A stretch of 55,304 bases of DNA from assembly GCA_016618085.1 (NCBI GenBank), contig JABLTG010000137.1:1-55304 (forward strand), given 5' to 3'. Positions within the stretch are counted from its first letter, which is position 1. Each line of letters opens with the position of its first letter. The position numbers and the translations under genes are program-made. The notes beneath the pieces were generated by a model, which saw only the letters and a program-made list of their open reading frames with translations, did not search any database and was not told the origin of the DNA. The DNA is from Neovahlkampfia damariscottae (lineage: Eukaryota). Below, piece after piece: positions 36,401 through 46,894 of this stretch.

Positions 36401-37111
36401 TTCAACTTCTTTGACATTATTTACTCTTTCCAATTGAATGATTGCTTGAAAGATATCAAGGATTAAATTCTTTTCATCTTCTTGGAAAAATAGATCCATA
36501 ACTTCATCAAATTCAGATGTTAGAATATACTCAAATATCTTGTAAGAGTTATTCACTCCATTGATCAAATGTTCTAATTTTCCAAATAGAAAATGAAATG
36601 AAATTGCTTGAAGAACTTCTTGATCATTTTTTTTTTCAAATGCGATTTTAATTGATGAGTGCTGAGATTGTTAGAGTTCAGATTTATATCTTACACATTG
36701 GAGTTCTTCAGTGTCAGTGGTAATCCAAAACTGTGAAAGGAAATGGAAGATCTTTTTTAGAGGTATAACTTTATCCATATTCTTTAAGAATGGAGCTTCT
36801 TTAAGTAAAGTGTCTAAGATCATCAAAAAATCAGCTCTTCTTTTTGAATCATCTTGACCAGCTACAAATATTGATTGTCTTGAATGAAAAGCAAATCTCT
36901 TCATGATTCCATGGTACAAGTCTTTGATATCTTTCTTTGAATCAGTTGAGTAGTGAAAGTCTCCGGAATCACCGAAGAAATCGACAAACAAAGTAGCATC
37001 TTGGGGAGAGTCATCACCTGTGGAGTTAGTTTTAATGACAAAGGCATCAGCAAGTTTTTTCAACACCTTTTCATTTTCTCTTGAGACATATTCTGAGTCT
37101 ATTCTTTGCAT
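33423..37111 (-). CDS. Large helical (ARM/HEAT-like) hypothetical protein, multi-exon
   Basis: Four long same-strand ORFs joined by short GT-AG introns (e.g. ~36663-36695); CCAAT upstream of MQRIDSEY. Confidence 0.65.
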
Positions 37112-37488
37112 TGGGATATTTGAAAAAAGTATTTTATCAATTGAATTTGATTGGTGGTTCGATATTTTATATATTATTTGACCAATCATATTCATTTGCG
37201 CAATTATTTTGAACAAATTTTTTTTTATAATTTAAATAGAATATCTTAGTTAAAGTGCTCTCTGAAAAAATCATGCAATGAACTTGTTTTTTGCCACCAA
37301 ACTTTGAAAAATAGTAAAATGAAAGAGTTGACGATCCAGAAACATGAATAAATTAAATGAATTGAATTATCATGTAATAATAGGTAATTTAAAGGTAAAA
37401 TATGATTTCTAAATTGTTGATTTGATAAAATTATCTGTAAATTTGAAAAAATTCAATGATGATCAAAATACTAAATTTTGTCTGTAAT

Positions 37489-38161
37489 TTATTCATTTAA
37501 TTTGACAACATTTTTATCAACCATCACCTTTAACTCTTGATAACAATTGTCTATGTCATCATTAACCAAAAATTCATCATAAACATTTCCTTCATTTCTT
37601 GCTGCAAATTCAATTTCATTTCTTGCGTTGTAAATTCTTAATTTAATTGATTCATCTGTTTCAGTACCTCTACTTTTCAATCTAGTTTCAAGTTTTGGAA
37701 GTGAAGGAGGAAGGACAAAAATTGAAAATGGATTTAAATTACTTTTTCGTACATTAATTGCTCCTTGATAATCAATTTCCAAAATACAACAAAATCCTTG
37801 TTTCATAACTTCTTCAACTGACTTTTTGAAATATTTTTAATGAATTATTTTTTGTTACTGAAAATGATGTGCCATATAAATTGTCATGAACAGTTGCGTG
37901 TTCAATGAATTTGTTATTTTTTATTGCTTCTTTCATATCTTCTTTATTGGTGTAATAGTAGTTTACTCCTTCTTTTTCACCTTCTCTTGGTTTTCTTGTT
38001 GTATGAGAAACAGACAATTTGAATATTTTAGGAAAATCTGTTAATAACTTTTTCACCAATGTTCCTTTTCCAACTCCTGTTCATTTATTAAATTAGTCAA
38101 ATATTTAGTTACCTGATGGTCCAGAAATTAATAAAGGTCGAATTAATTTTGATAAGGTCAT
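37489..38161 (-). CDS. GUK1: Guanylate kinase
   Basis: ISGPSGVGKGT P-loop across an intron, SVSHTTRKPREGE, NLYGTS, LETRLKSRGTE. Confidence 0.95.
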
Positions 38162-38224
38162 TCTGTTTTGTTTTGGAAGAAAAAAAACCTTTTGATTGGA
38201 CAGAAATAAACACTTTTGTTGGAT

Positions 38225-40211
38225 TTATTTTTTTGATTTTAGTACATACTTTGAATCTTCAGTTGTTTCAAAGTCATATTTATCTTGTAAAATTTCGAAT
38301 ATTGAAGAATTTGTGTGAATTCCTTCACTCTTTGATGCCAATTGAATGACTTGATCAATTCCATTTCCAAAAATGGAGAGTTGGTCATGGAACGGAGTTA
38401 TTAGTAAACTATCAGCTTTAGACAAACCAATACCTATTTTTAAACCAGTAATATTTCCAAATTTACCAACAACTTCACCTGGAATTTCATCTCTCATGGC
38501 AATCGCAGCTTTAGCAAAGGAATCTTCTTTGATTAGAACTTTATTTGTAACCGCAATAAAAGTATCATTCATAACAATCACTTTGTTGATTATACATCCA
38601 TTAGTAATTTCACAAAATCTAGTATGTAAAAATTCATATAAAACTGGGAAAATTTTTTGTGAGGTCAATGCACTGGAGTCTAAAATCTTCATTGCAATTA
38701 TTGACGATAATTCAATTTTTTCTCTTCTACGTTTTTTTCCATACTTGTCAGTTGATGTCAATTTTATTTTTGAGTAGATATCTTGAATTAAAGTATACCA
38801 ACTAGATGCTAGGACATCATTTAAAATATCACCTAGTGAAATATTAGAATAGAAATTCAAAATTATATTTACCAGTGAATTCATCAAAATTACCATTTGT
38901 TAAACCAACTAATGCAACACATTCTTGATTTACTGATATGGGAATCAAAAGAACATTTGACATTGGAAAATGACCTTCAGGTAAATTCAAATTTGAACAA
39001 TTTTTTAAATAGAGCACTTTTCTACTTTTAACAACTTCCAACATTGTTTTTGCTTTTTGTAGTATTGGTTTTTTAAAATTCTTCATAATAGTACGACGAA
39101 TCTCTTCTGCTGATTTTGAAAAAATATATTGTAAGAATTCATATCTATCCGCTTTATCATCATCAACTTCACTTCCAGAAGATGATTGAGATGAACCATC
39201 CAAATTTTGAGATTTAAATGCTTTTAAATTTGATTCAACTTTTAAAGGTCCAATAAATCCAATTCCACCATATTCTTCTTCACAAAAATTTACAATCGAT
39301 CTTAATTTGATTTTTGCTAAATCTGCATCATTTCCACTTTCTTCTTCTTCATTTGAGCTCATAAATTGTGATAATTTTCTTGATAATTTTTTAATATTTT
39401 CAACTCTTTCTTCAACTCTTCTTAATCTTTCAATTGATTCAATTTGTTTTGATGCCTTGGAGATAGATTCTAAAATAATATTTGACCATATCTTTGGAAG
39501 TATTTCCATTAAAATATCACCATCATTTTTTGTATAAGTACCATTTGCCATTCCTAATAAAGCTACTGATTGTTTATTTACAACAACTGGAACAATCAAA
39601 ACAGATTTTAATTTAAAATGTCCATCTGGCACTTTCACATTAGATCCTTCTAATAATTTGAATCTTTTTGATAAAAGAATCAATTGAAACATTGAAGCTC
39701 TTGATAATGAAGGTTCTTTCAAACTTTGATTTTCCATTTCTCTCAAAACATCTTTACTCGAAGTACTCCAAACATAGTCCTGAAAAATTAAAAATTATTG
39801 TTATCAAAAATTACCAAGAAAGATAAGTCGGATAAATTTTCTTTTTTTTTTGATTTTTTTTTACTTCCTAAGGATGAATTTGCCACAATATCTAATGGAG
39901 CAAGAAAAACTTTTGCATAAGAATAAGTGAAAAATTGAGTTACCTGAACCACCAAATTCCATTGCGATTGCATCAACAATCTGTAAAAGTTTTTCTCTCA
40001 ATAAAGTATTAATTTCAGTTGTTTTTGTTTCAACTCCGCACATAGCTTCAACTAAATCAATGATGCTTTGTGCTTTTATGCTTCTTTTTTCTGCCAAATC
40101 GTTTGCATCATTGAAATTCTCAATCTCTCTGTATGCTTCAATGAGTAAGCCTACTACATCTTGATTTGTATAGTCTGGAATTTCTTCGACATTGTCATCG
40201 TTTTGTAACAT
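38225..40211 (-). CDS. GAF-GAF protein with degenerate class III nucleotidyl-cyclase domain
   Basis: Two P(D/E)GHF...VL(I/L).P......VAL.G..NG repeats; C-terminal cyclase-like fold (LKIGIG, IFGNGIDQV..LAS..EGIH). Confidence 0.65.
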
Positions 40212-40301
40212 GATGAACCAATTTGGAGATTTTTCAAGAAGCTTGGTTGATTGGTCAAAGAATTGTTCTAAAAAAGGAGATTTTTCAATAGGAAGAATAA
40301 T

Positions 40302-41816
40302 TCAATTTTTATATTCCAATTCAATTTTTGAAAGTGATTCCGATAATAAACTTCCTTTTTTCATCACTTCCTCATCAAGAGCTTTTTGTTCTTCTTTTGT
40401 AAGTTCAATTGAGCTTGTTTTTTGCTCCAAAAGTTTCAATACTTCAAGACGTAAATTTTCAAATTCTTCATCAGATAACTTTGTTTCATCAGAGATTTCT
40501 TTTGAATCTTTTTGAATTTCTTGTTTAAAGAGAGATTTTAATCCATCAACTTGTTGTGTTGATAAATCATAATTTTCTTTCAACATTTGAATTGAATTGA
40601 TTCTTTTATGAGGAGGTCTTTTTTTATCCCATCCATGTTTAGATTTTTCAAAATGAACTGGTTTCCATTCAATATTCTTTGCTTCTCTATCAGCTTTTGC
40701 ATCTCTTTGTGCTTGTTCAACAAGATTTTTTTCTTTTGTTCCTTCTTTATATTCTTTTTGACGAATTGCTGTTGTAACTTTATGCCAAACACGTCTTGAT
40801 TCATTTTCTTTTTGTTTTTCAATTGGTGTAACAAGTATTTTTTCTCTTTTGATTTTTTTAACATCATATGCTGTAATTTCTTTTTTATCAATTATATATT
40901 TCACTTCTCCAGTAAGACTTCCTTTCAATTTGTAATGAACTTTTTTGCCTTTTGTAATTTTTCCAGTAAAGTCATTCGCTTTCAAATCAATACTTGTCTT
41001 AAATCCTGTTTTCTCGCATGTTATTTCAAATTTATCCCAAATTTCGATATTTCTTGCACCCTTTGAAAAAATTTAATTTTGAGTGATTTTTTACCATAAA
41101 CATTCCAGTACAATAAACCTTTGGATATGTAACAGAATATTTTTCATCAAAGCTCCATAATTCAACATTAATGCTTCCTTTAATATCTGAATGAACTGAA
41201 TTAAAATGAAATCCTAATGTAGGTTCAACAAAACCATGATAAGAAAATTTCTTTTTTGAGTTATATGAATAAAAACAAGAAATAGGTGGATTATGAGAAA
41301 CTTGTTCCGAAATATATTTTGTAATACTTTTATCATCTTCATGTTCCCACTTACATTCAAAAACTTCACCTAAAACAGGATTATACTTTGAGTGTTAAAA
41401 AGAATTATTTTTTTCTTACTGGTTTTGATTGTTCCAATGTCTAAGACTTTAAAAATTGTTTTAAAATTTACTTTTGAAGGGACTGCTCTCCATGAAGAAA
41501 ATACCCAAAGTGCTACTTTTAACATTCTTTCTGCTGGATCGTTACAGAGATTAATTCCGTCAAGTAAAAAATTTGGAACTGCATAAGTTGACATTTTTTC
41601 TAACAATGATACAGGTCCTTTTGTAATTTAATTATTTTTTAGATTACTCATTAAATAAGCTGGTAAACCAACGGAGTACATTTCTGTTCCTGGTTTCAAT
41701 TGTTTTAAAATTTCACCAATGAGTGATTTTTCTTGGTCTGGTGAAGATCCATTGTTCACAATTTCGTCTTCCGCATTGTAGTTGTACCAGATATTGTCTT
41801 TCTCTGTCAATTCCAT
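40302..41816 (-). CDS. Oxysterol-binding protein family (short Osh4/Kes1-like)
   Basis: LPAYL, ERMLKV..W, YNPVLGEVF, SEQVSHNPPIS, ESRRVWHKVT, EQAQR, WKPVHF. Confidence 0.92.
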
Positions 41817-41991
41817 CTCGTAGTTGTTACTCTAAAAAAGTTGACCAATAGGGTAATTTAAAATTCACTAAACTTCAACGGTTTTTTTTTAGTACTCGAT
41901 GGTAAAAAAATATTTGGTTTCTTGAATTATTAAGATAATAATTATATTTATTTTCTTTATTCTAGCCAATAAAATTGATTTCAATTTAGAG

Positions 41992-44670
41992 ATGAACAAC
42001 AAAAATACTGCAGAATGGAAGTTAACTCAAAATCTTAAAAAACCAAAACAAAATTCGTCCATAAATTCAAATTTCCAAAATTTAAGTTATCAAAAAGAAG
42101 AAAGAAAAGAAACCATTAATTTAATGGGAATGAATTTAGAAGTTAAAAAAAAAAAGAAAAGAAAAGGAGAAATTGGAGATGAGGAATTTCAAGAACAAGA
42201 AAAATTAACAAGTAATGGAAATTTATTGGTAAAAGGAAGAAATCCATGTGATTGTGAAGGAATCATCCACGAAGTAAGCATAAAGAAAAAAATCCTTATT
42301 CTCTTGAATTTAGGTTTTGACCAATTGTTTAGATTGCGGTCATATAGTTTGTGATCAAGAAGGTTATGGTGAATGTTTTTTTTGTTCTCACATTGTTGAA
42401 AATCCAAAAGAATCAAACAGCAAAAACGACATTTTACTTTCAAAAGCAGTTGAACAAAGAAATAAATTACTTGACTTTGATAAGAATTTCACTAAAAGAA
42501 CTATAATTTATGATGACCAAACAGATTATTATGAAAGTGAAGTAAACCAATGGTTAACAGAAGAAGAAAGAAAAGAAAGAAAAAAAAAAGAAGACCAATT
42601 GAAAAAATTAAAAGAAGAAAAGAAAAATGTATTTAAAATTGATTTTGCAGGTCGGAGAATTGTTGAAGATAATTCAAAAACACAACAAGAAATTCAGAAT
42701 GTTTTAAATGATCTTAGAGTTTCAAAATCAAATCATACAATCATTCCAAATCCAATGTTGAACAAGAAATTGAAATTCTTACAATCAACTAATTCAAAAG
42801 GAACCAACCAATCATCAACAGAAGAAGTATCAACCAATAGGGTTCAAAATGATTATTTTGATTTTGAAATTCAAGAATTTCCAATTGACGACTCAGAAAT
42901 TGATTCTAATTTAATTTATGAAAATCCATCAACCAATTCAGGTGATCAAGGAAAATGTCTTTGCATCAATTCAGTAATATGAGTGTCAAAGGAATAACCA
43001 AGATTTATGTGGTGAAAATAAAAGATTTATTCAAGTAACTGATCAAAATGCTTCACCCTTGTCTCAGAAACTAGTTATGCAAGATTTAAAAATCACCAAA
43101 TAATTAGAATCTAAAAATAATCAGATTAGAAGGTTGACATAAATTTAAACCAATCAAACTGTTGGTGTTTGCCAACAAAAATTAGTGCAGTTGAGAACCA
43201 AAAACAAATTAAATACGTCAGTTACAACCATGCAAGAATTTTTTGATGAAAATCAAGTTACACTAAATTCTAGGCGGAAAAAAAATTTGAACATTTTCAA
43301 CTATGATGGGTTATCTGGATCAATTGTGCAACTTAGCCATTTAGACAGTTCCATTGGAAAATTAATGTATCAAGGAGATTTCAAATGCCCAATACACAAA
43401 AATTATGAACAAATTTTGAATCAGGCTTACAAACCTAAGAAGGAAATTATTTCATATTACAGCAACACTCAATGGTGTTTGGATCATGAAAGTATTTGTC
43501 AAGAATATTATAAACTTATGACCCCAAATAACCATTTACTCTATGATAAACAACAAAGAGATCAAAAATTAGAAGAAAAAATTCAAGAATTAGATCCAAA
43601 TTTTACGCCACAACCTTTTGTTTTTAATATTAAAGGAGATAAAAAATATTCCATCAAATTAAATCATGAAATTTCAAATATATGCAATAGAGGGCATAGT
43701 ATTCAATACCTATTAGACGAAGATCTCATAGAAAATAAACAATACATATTGGAAATTATTGGAGAAAGAGATGCCAAAAAAATTAGTTTCAGAAATAAAT
43801 CAAATAGAACTTGCTTGGTATGTGCAAGAAATGTTAATTCTAAGAATTTTGAAAAAAATCGTGAAAAGAATCAAAGAAAACCAAGAAAAGTTTCTTTAAT
43901 TCTACGAGATAAAAGAAATCATGAAAAAATTAAAAAAAAAGTAATGGAAAAAATTTGTGGCAGTGTTCCACATTGTCAAGCAATTGTTGATGGAAAGAAA
44001 TGTGGGATCAAAGACATTAACGTGTTACAAATTGATCATATTTATGGTGACGGTGGAAAAGATAGACAATTTTTGGGTAGTGGAAATTCTTTTTATCAGA
44101 ATGTGTTAAAATTGAACTCGGTTGAACATCTTCAGGTGCTTTGTGGCAATCATCATCAAGTTAAGTCAAAGATTGAAAGGACAAAAGAAGGAAAAATTAT
44201 TCAAGACTTCAATTTTTTGCAATAAAATATTGAAATTTATACATGTTTTGCATCAACCTTGGGCAAGTTTATTAGTTCAAGGAATCAAAAGACATGAAGG
44301 AAGATTTTGGGATACTCAATATCGTGGTAGATTATGGATTGCATCAACTATACAAGAGCCATCAGAAGAAACTATAAAAGAAGTCGAAGAGCAATATATC
44401 AAATTAGGAAGAACGAATTTCCCAAAATATTATCCACAATCAGCATTGCTAGGTTGTGTTGATTTAGTTGATATTTTAAGTCAAGATGATTATCAAGAAA
44501 AAATAAAAGAAGACGAAAAAGAATCAGAATCAGAATTTGTTTTTATTGTCAAAAACCCAAGAAAAATGGTGATGCCATTTTCAATATCTGGACAACCATA
44601 TATTTGGAATTTAGCGAATGAAGATTTGAAAACAGGACAATTAGGATTGAAAGAATTACCAAAAAAATAA
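41992..44670 (+). CDS. TRIP4: Activating signal cointegrator 1 (zf-C2HC5 + ASCH), interrupted by a 1.28-kb insert at 42962-44244
   Basis: CDCEGIIH..LTNCLDCGHIVCDQEGYGECFFC finger, RTIIYDDQTDYY, then GDQGKCL // VLHQPWASLLVQGIKRHEGRFW..YRGRLWIAS (ASCH). Normal intron 42274-42313. Confidence 0.92.
42962..44244 (+). mobile_element. Intron-like/mobile insertion encoding an HNH endonuclease
   Basis: Removing it restores KCL-VLHQPW. Ends TGCATCAATT.../...AATTTATACA are imperfect inverted repeats; it contains a noncoding leader and one ORF. Confidence 0.8.
43230..44225 (+). CDS. Zn-finger HNH endonuclease (phage/homing-endonuclease type), 331 aa
   Basis: CPIH, CNRGH...RTCLVC, basic helix, then C..........CG..D..VLQIDHIYGDG...R......FY........LQVLCGNHH..K. 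Intronless; the stop overlaps AATAAA. Confidence 0.85.
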   Translation: MQEFFDENQVTLNSRRKKNLNIFNYDGLSGSIVQLSHLDSSIGKLMYQGDFKCPIHKNYEQILNQAYKPKKEIISYYSNTQWCLDHESICQEYYKLMTPNNHLLYDKQQRDQKLEEKIQELDPNFTPQPFVFNIKGDKKYSIKLNHEISNICNRGHSIQYLLDEDLIENKQYILEIIGERDAKKISFRNKSNRTCLVCARNVNSKNFEKNREKNQRKPRKVSLILRDKRNHEKIKKKVMEKICGSVPHCQAIVDGKKCGIKDINVLQIDHIYGDGGKDRQFLGSGNSFYQNVLKLNSVEHLQVLCGNHHQVKSKIERTKEGKIIQDFNFLQ

Positions 44671-44673
44671 AAT

Positions 44674-45609
44674 TTATTCATGACAGAATAGTTCTATTTC
44701 AGCTGTTTTGAATTTGAAAGAACCACTTAAAAAACATCTCAATGCATTGGAATCTGTGATACCTTCAACAGTGAAAGAACTTCCAAGATTGGAGAAACTC
44801 CAACGATTTACGTTGCTATTATTACAAATGCTCAAATCAGTTGCACCAAATGTAATGTGAGATGTTGTATGAGTTTTTACTGAAGCTGTAACGTTGTATG
44901 TTCCATTATTCGGACATTTCACTTTTTGTTTGCCATTTGGATTGTAGAATGAAAATATGAATGATTTGGGATCATATCTATATGAGCCATATTTTGAATT
45001 CTTTCCATCTAATTTACATGATAATTTTGTGTATCCTCCAAATATGCATCCATTTGTTGTCTTTATCACACAAAAATTTGGACCTTTGTCCGAGCAAAGT
45101 GATCGAAAATCATGAACAGAAAAGCCATCTCTGGTTGCTTTATAGATTAATTTCCAGTTTCCATTGTATTCACACCATTCATTCATTTGCAAAAGTTCGT
45201 CATCTGAAATTAAGCAAGATGGGTTTTTCATATTTGGCGGTAAAATGAAAGGCCATTCTAACTGATAATACTCAAATTCTATTCTTAATTCTTCCAAAAT
45301 TTGCTCATTTTTAGGAAAGCAAATCTTCTCAGGGATTCCTGCAGATCTAAAATAATTCAAAATATATTTAAAGTTTGATCCATCTCTATCGATGAAAATT
45401 CTTCCTTCATCATCTTTCAACACTCCAAAATTACCAGATAATAGAGTTGTAAAATAATTTTGTTTCTCAAAAAAAGTTTGGTTTATAGTTTGATATGTGG
45501 TTGAATAACTATTTCCACCAACATTTAAAGTAACAATATCACTATCATTTGTGATTTTGAATTTTGTTCCTTGAGATTTATTTGAACAATTCTTGTTGGT
45601 TCTTTCCAT
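44674..45609 (-). CDS. BTB/POZ (KCTD-type) plus TLDc domain protein
   Basis: VTLNVGG..YSTT, IFIDRDG..FKYILNYFR; LIYKATRDGF, IFGGYT, TFG..DL, IELF. Confidence 0.92.
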   Translation of the reverse strand: MERTNKNCSNKSQGTKFKITNDSDIVTLNVGGNSYSTTYQTINQTFFEKQNYFTTLLSGNFGVLKDDEGRIFIDRDGSNFKYILNYFRSAGIPEKICFPKNEQILEELRIEFEYYQLEWPFILPPNMKNPSCLISDDELLQMNEWCEYNGNWKLIYKATRDGFSVHDFRSLCSDKGPNFCVIKTTNGCIFGGYTKLSCKLDGKNSKYGSYRYDPKSFIFSFYNPNGKQKVKCPNNGTYNVTASVKTHTTSHITFGATDLSICNNSNVNRWSFSNLGSSFTVEGITDSNALRCFLSGSFKFKTAEIELFCHE

Positions 45610-45938
45610 TGTGAATTTTTGATTTTGGAAATTGAATTTGCACGAAAAAATTTTTTTGTGGCTGCTGTAAAATATATGTATCCAATAGAGATCCAGTATT
45701 CTTTTGAATAATTATATAATTAAACATAATCTCAGAACACATTACTAACGATTTGATATTCTTAATTTTTCTTCATAAAATCAGATTTTGAAACTGAAAC
45801 TAGTTGTCTTGAGTGAACTGTAAAAATTTAATCTGGTTGTAAATAGAATCTCATTTGAGAATTAAAGTGAAGTATTTTAGAATAAAATCACATTGCTCAA
45901 AAAAGAAAATTCGTGGATTTTATTGGTTCAAGCAAAAA

Positions 45939-46894
45939 ATGAGATTTTTAAACATCGGAGTTTTGTTGTTGTTTTGCATCGTTTTTGTTGAGGCAAAAAT
46001 AGATTGTGACAAAAAAGCAAAACATGTTGCTTTTTACAGAGACTGTTTTACACCAAATTGCACAAGAAAACTTGAAGAAGCATGTAAAAAAAAAAATAAA
46101 TTCAAACTAAACTCTAAGGTATTTGTCCACTTGATAAAATGAATAACAACTGTAAAGAAGTTAGGAATTTTGAATGTTCAGTTGATTTAATTCAACCTAC
46201 TTTGGATTGTGAAAAATTAGAAGTTGTTGGTGGAAAAGAAATCTCAGGTGATCCAATTTGTATAAAACAAAATATGTCGAGTACATTAGACATAAAACAT
46301 AATATAAATTGTTATTTTATTGAAAATGGAATGAATTATACTCACTTACCACAAGATAAAAATTATACTGATTTAAGAACTGGTGTTTATTATCCAAAAT
46401 TCAAAGATATCATGAATTCATTTAATTATTTTGTAAATGTTGATAATGGAAAAGTATTTATTTTCATAAATATTAAATTTGTTTTTAAGTTTACTCTTAC
46501 ATCGAAATTTGGAAATAAATTACGTTTTAAAGTTGTAAATTTTGAAAGATTTTCAGATTCATCTCAAACAAGAGAAATTACATTGGAAAAAGAACATTTT
46601 CTTAAAATATTATCTTTTGAAAATAGATTAGTTTTCAAGAATATCACAGAAAGTTTTTATGCAGGAAATAGATTATACATTGAAGTTGGCTTTCCAACAT
46701 ATCCAACAGGAATGAAACAATTACATTGGAATAGGTTTCATATTGATTTTACAGATCGTTATTTTCCACCTGCACCTTTTGATTGGATATCCTTACTTTA
46801 TTGGATAGGTATTCCATCAGGTTCTATTATTGTAGCAATAGTCTTGGTAGTCTCAACATGGTATTATATCAAAGGAGATTCATCAGAAACTTAA
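45939..46894 (+). CDS. Type I membrane protein with Cys-rich ectodomain, unknown function
   Basis: Signal peptide MRFLNIGVLLLFCIVFVEA, C-terminal TM segment; short introns. Confidence 0.65.

Noticed and set aside
43064..43073. Group I intron R element (TCAGAAACTA versus UCAGAGACUA)
   Set aside because: The guanosine-binding G is an A, I found no matching S element, and only ~20 nt follow the ORF, so a canonical group I core is not supported.
43230..44225. IscB/Cas9-like or His-Cys box nuclease
   Set aside because: No PLMP or RuvC motifs and no His-Cys box pattern; it reads as a stand-alone Zn-finger HNH.
42962..44256. Intein in ASC-1 (insert begins with a Cys codon; HVLHQ near the end)
   Set aside because: Stop at 42980-42982, the HNH ORF is separate, and the residue after HQ is Pro; HQPW belongs to the host ASCH motif.
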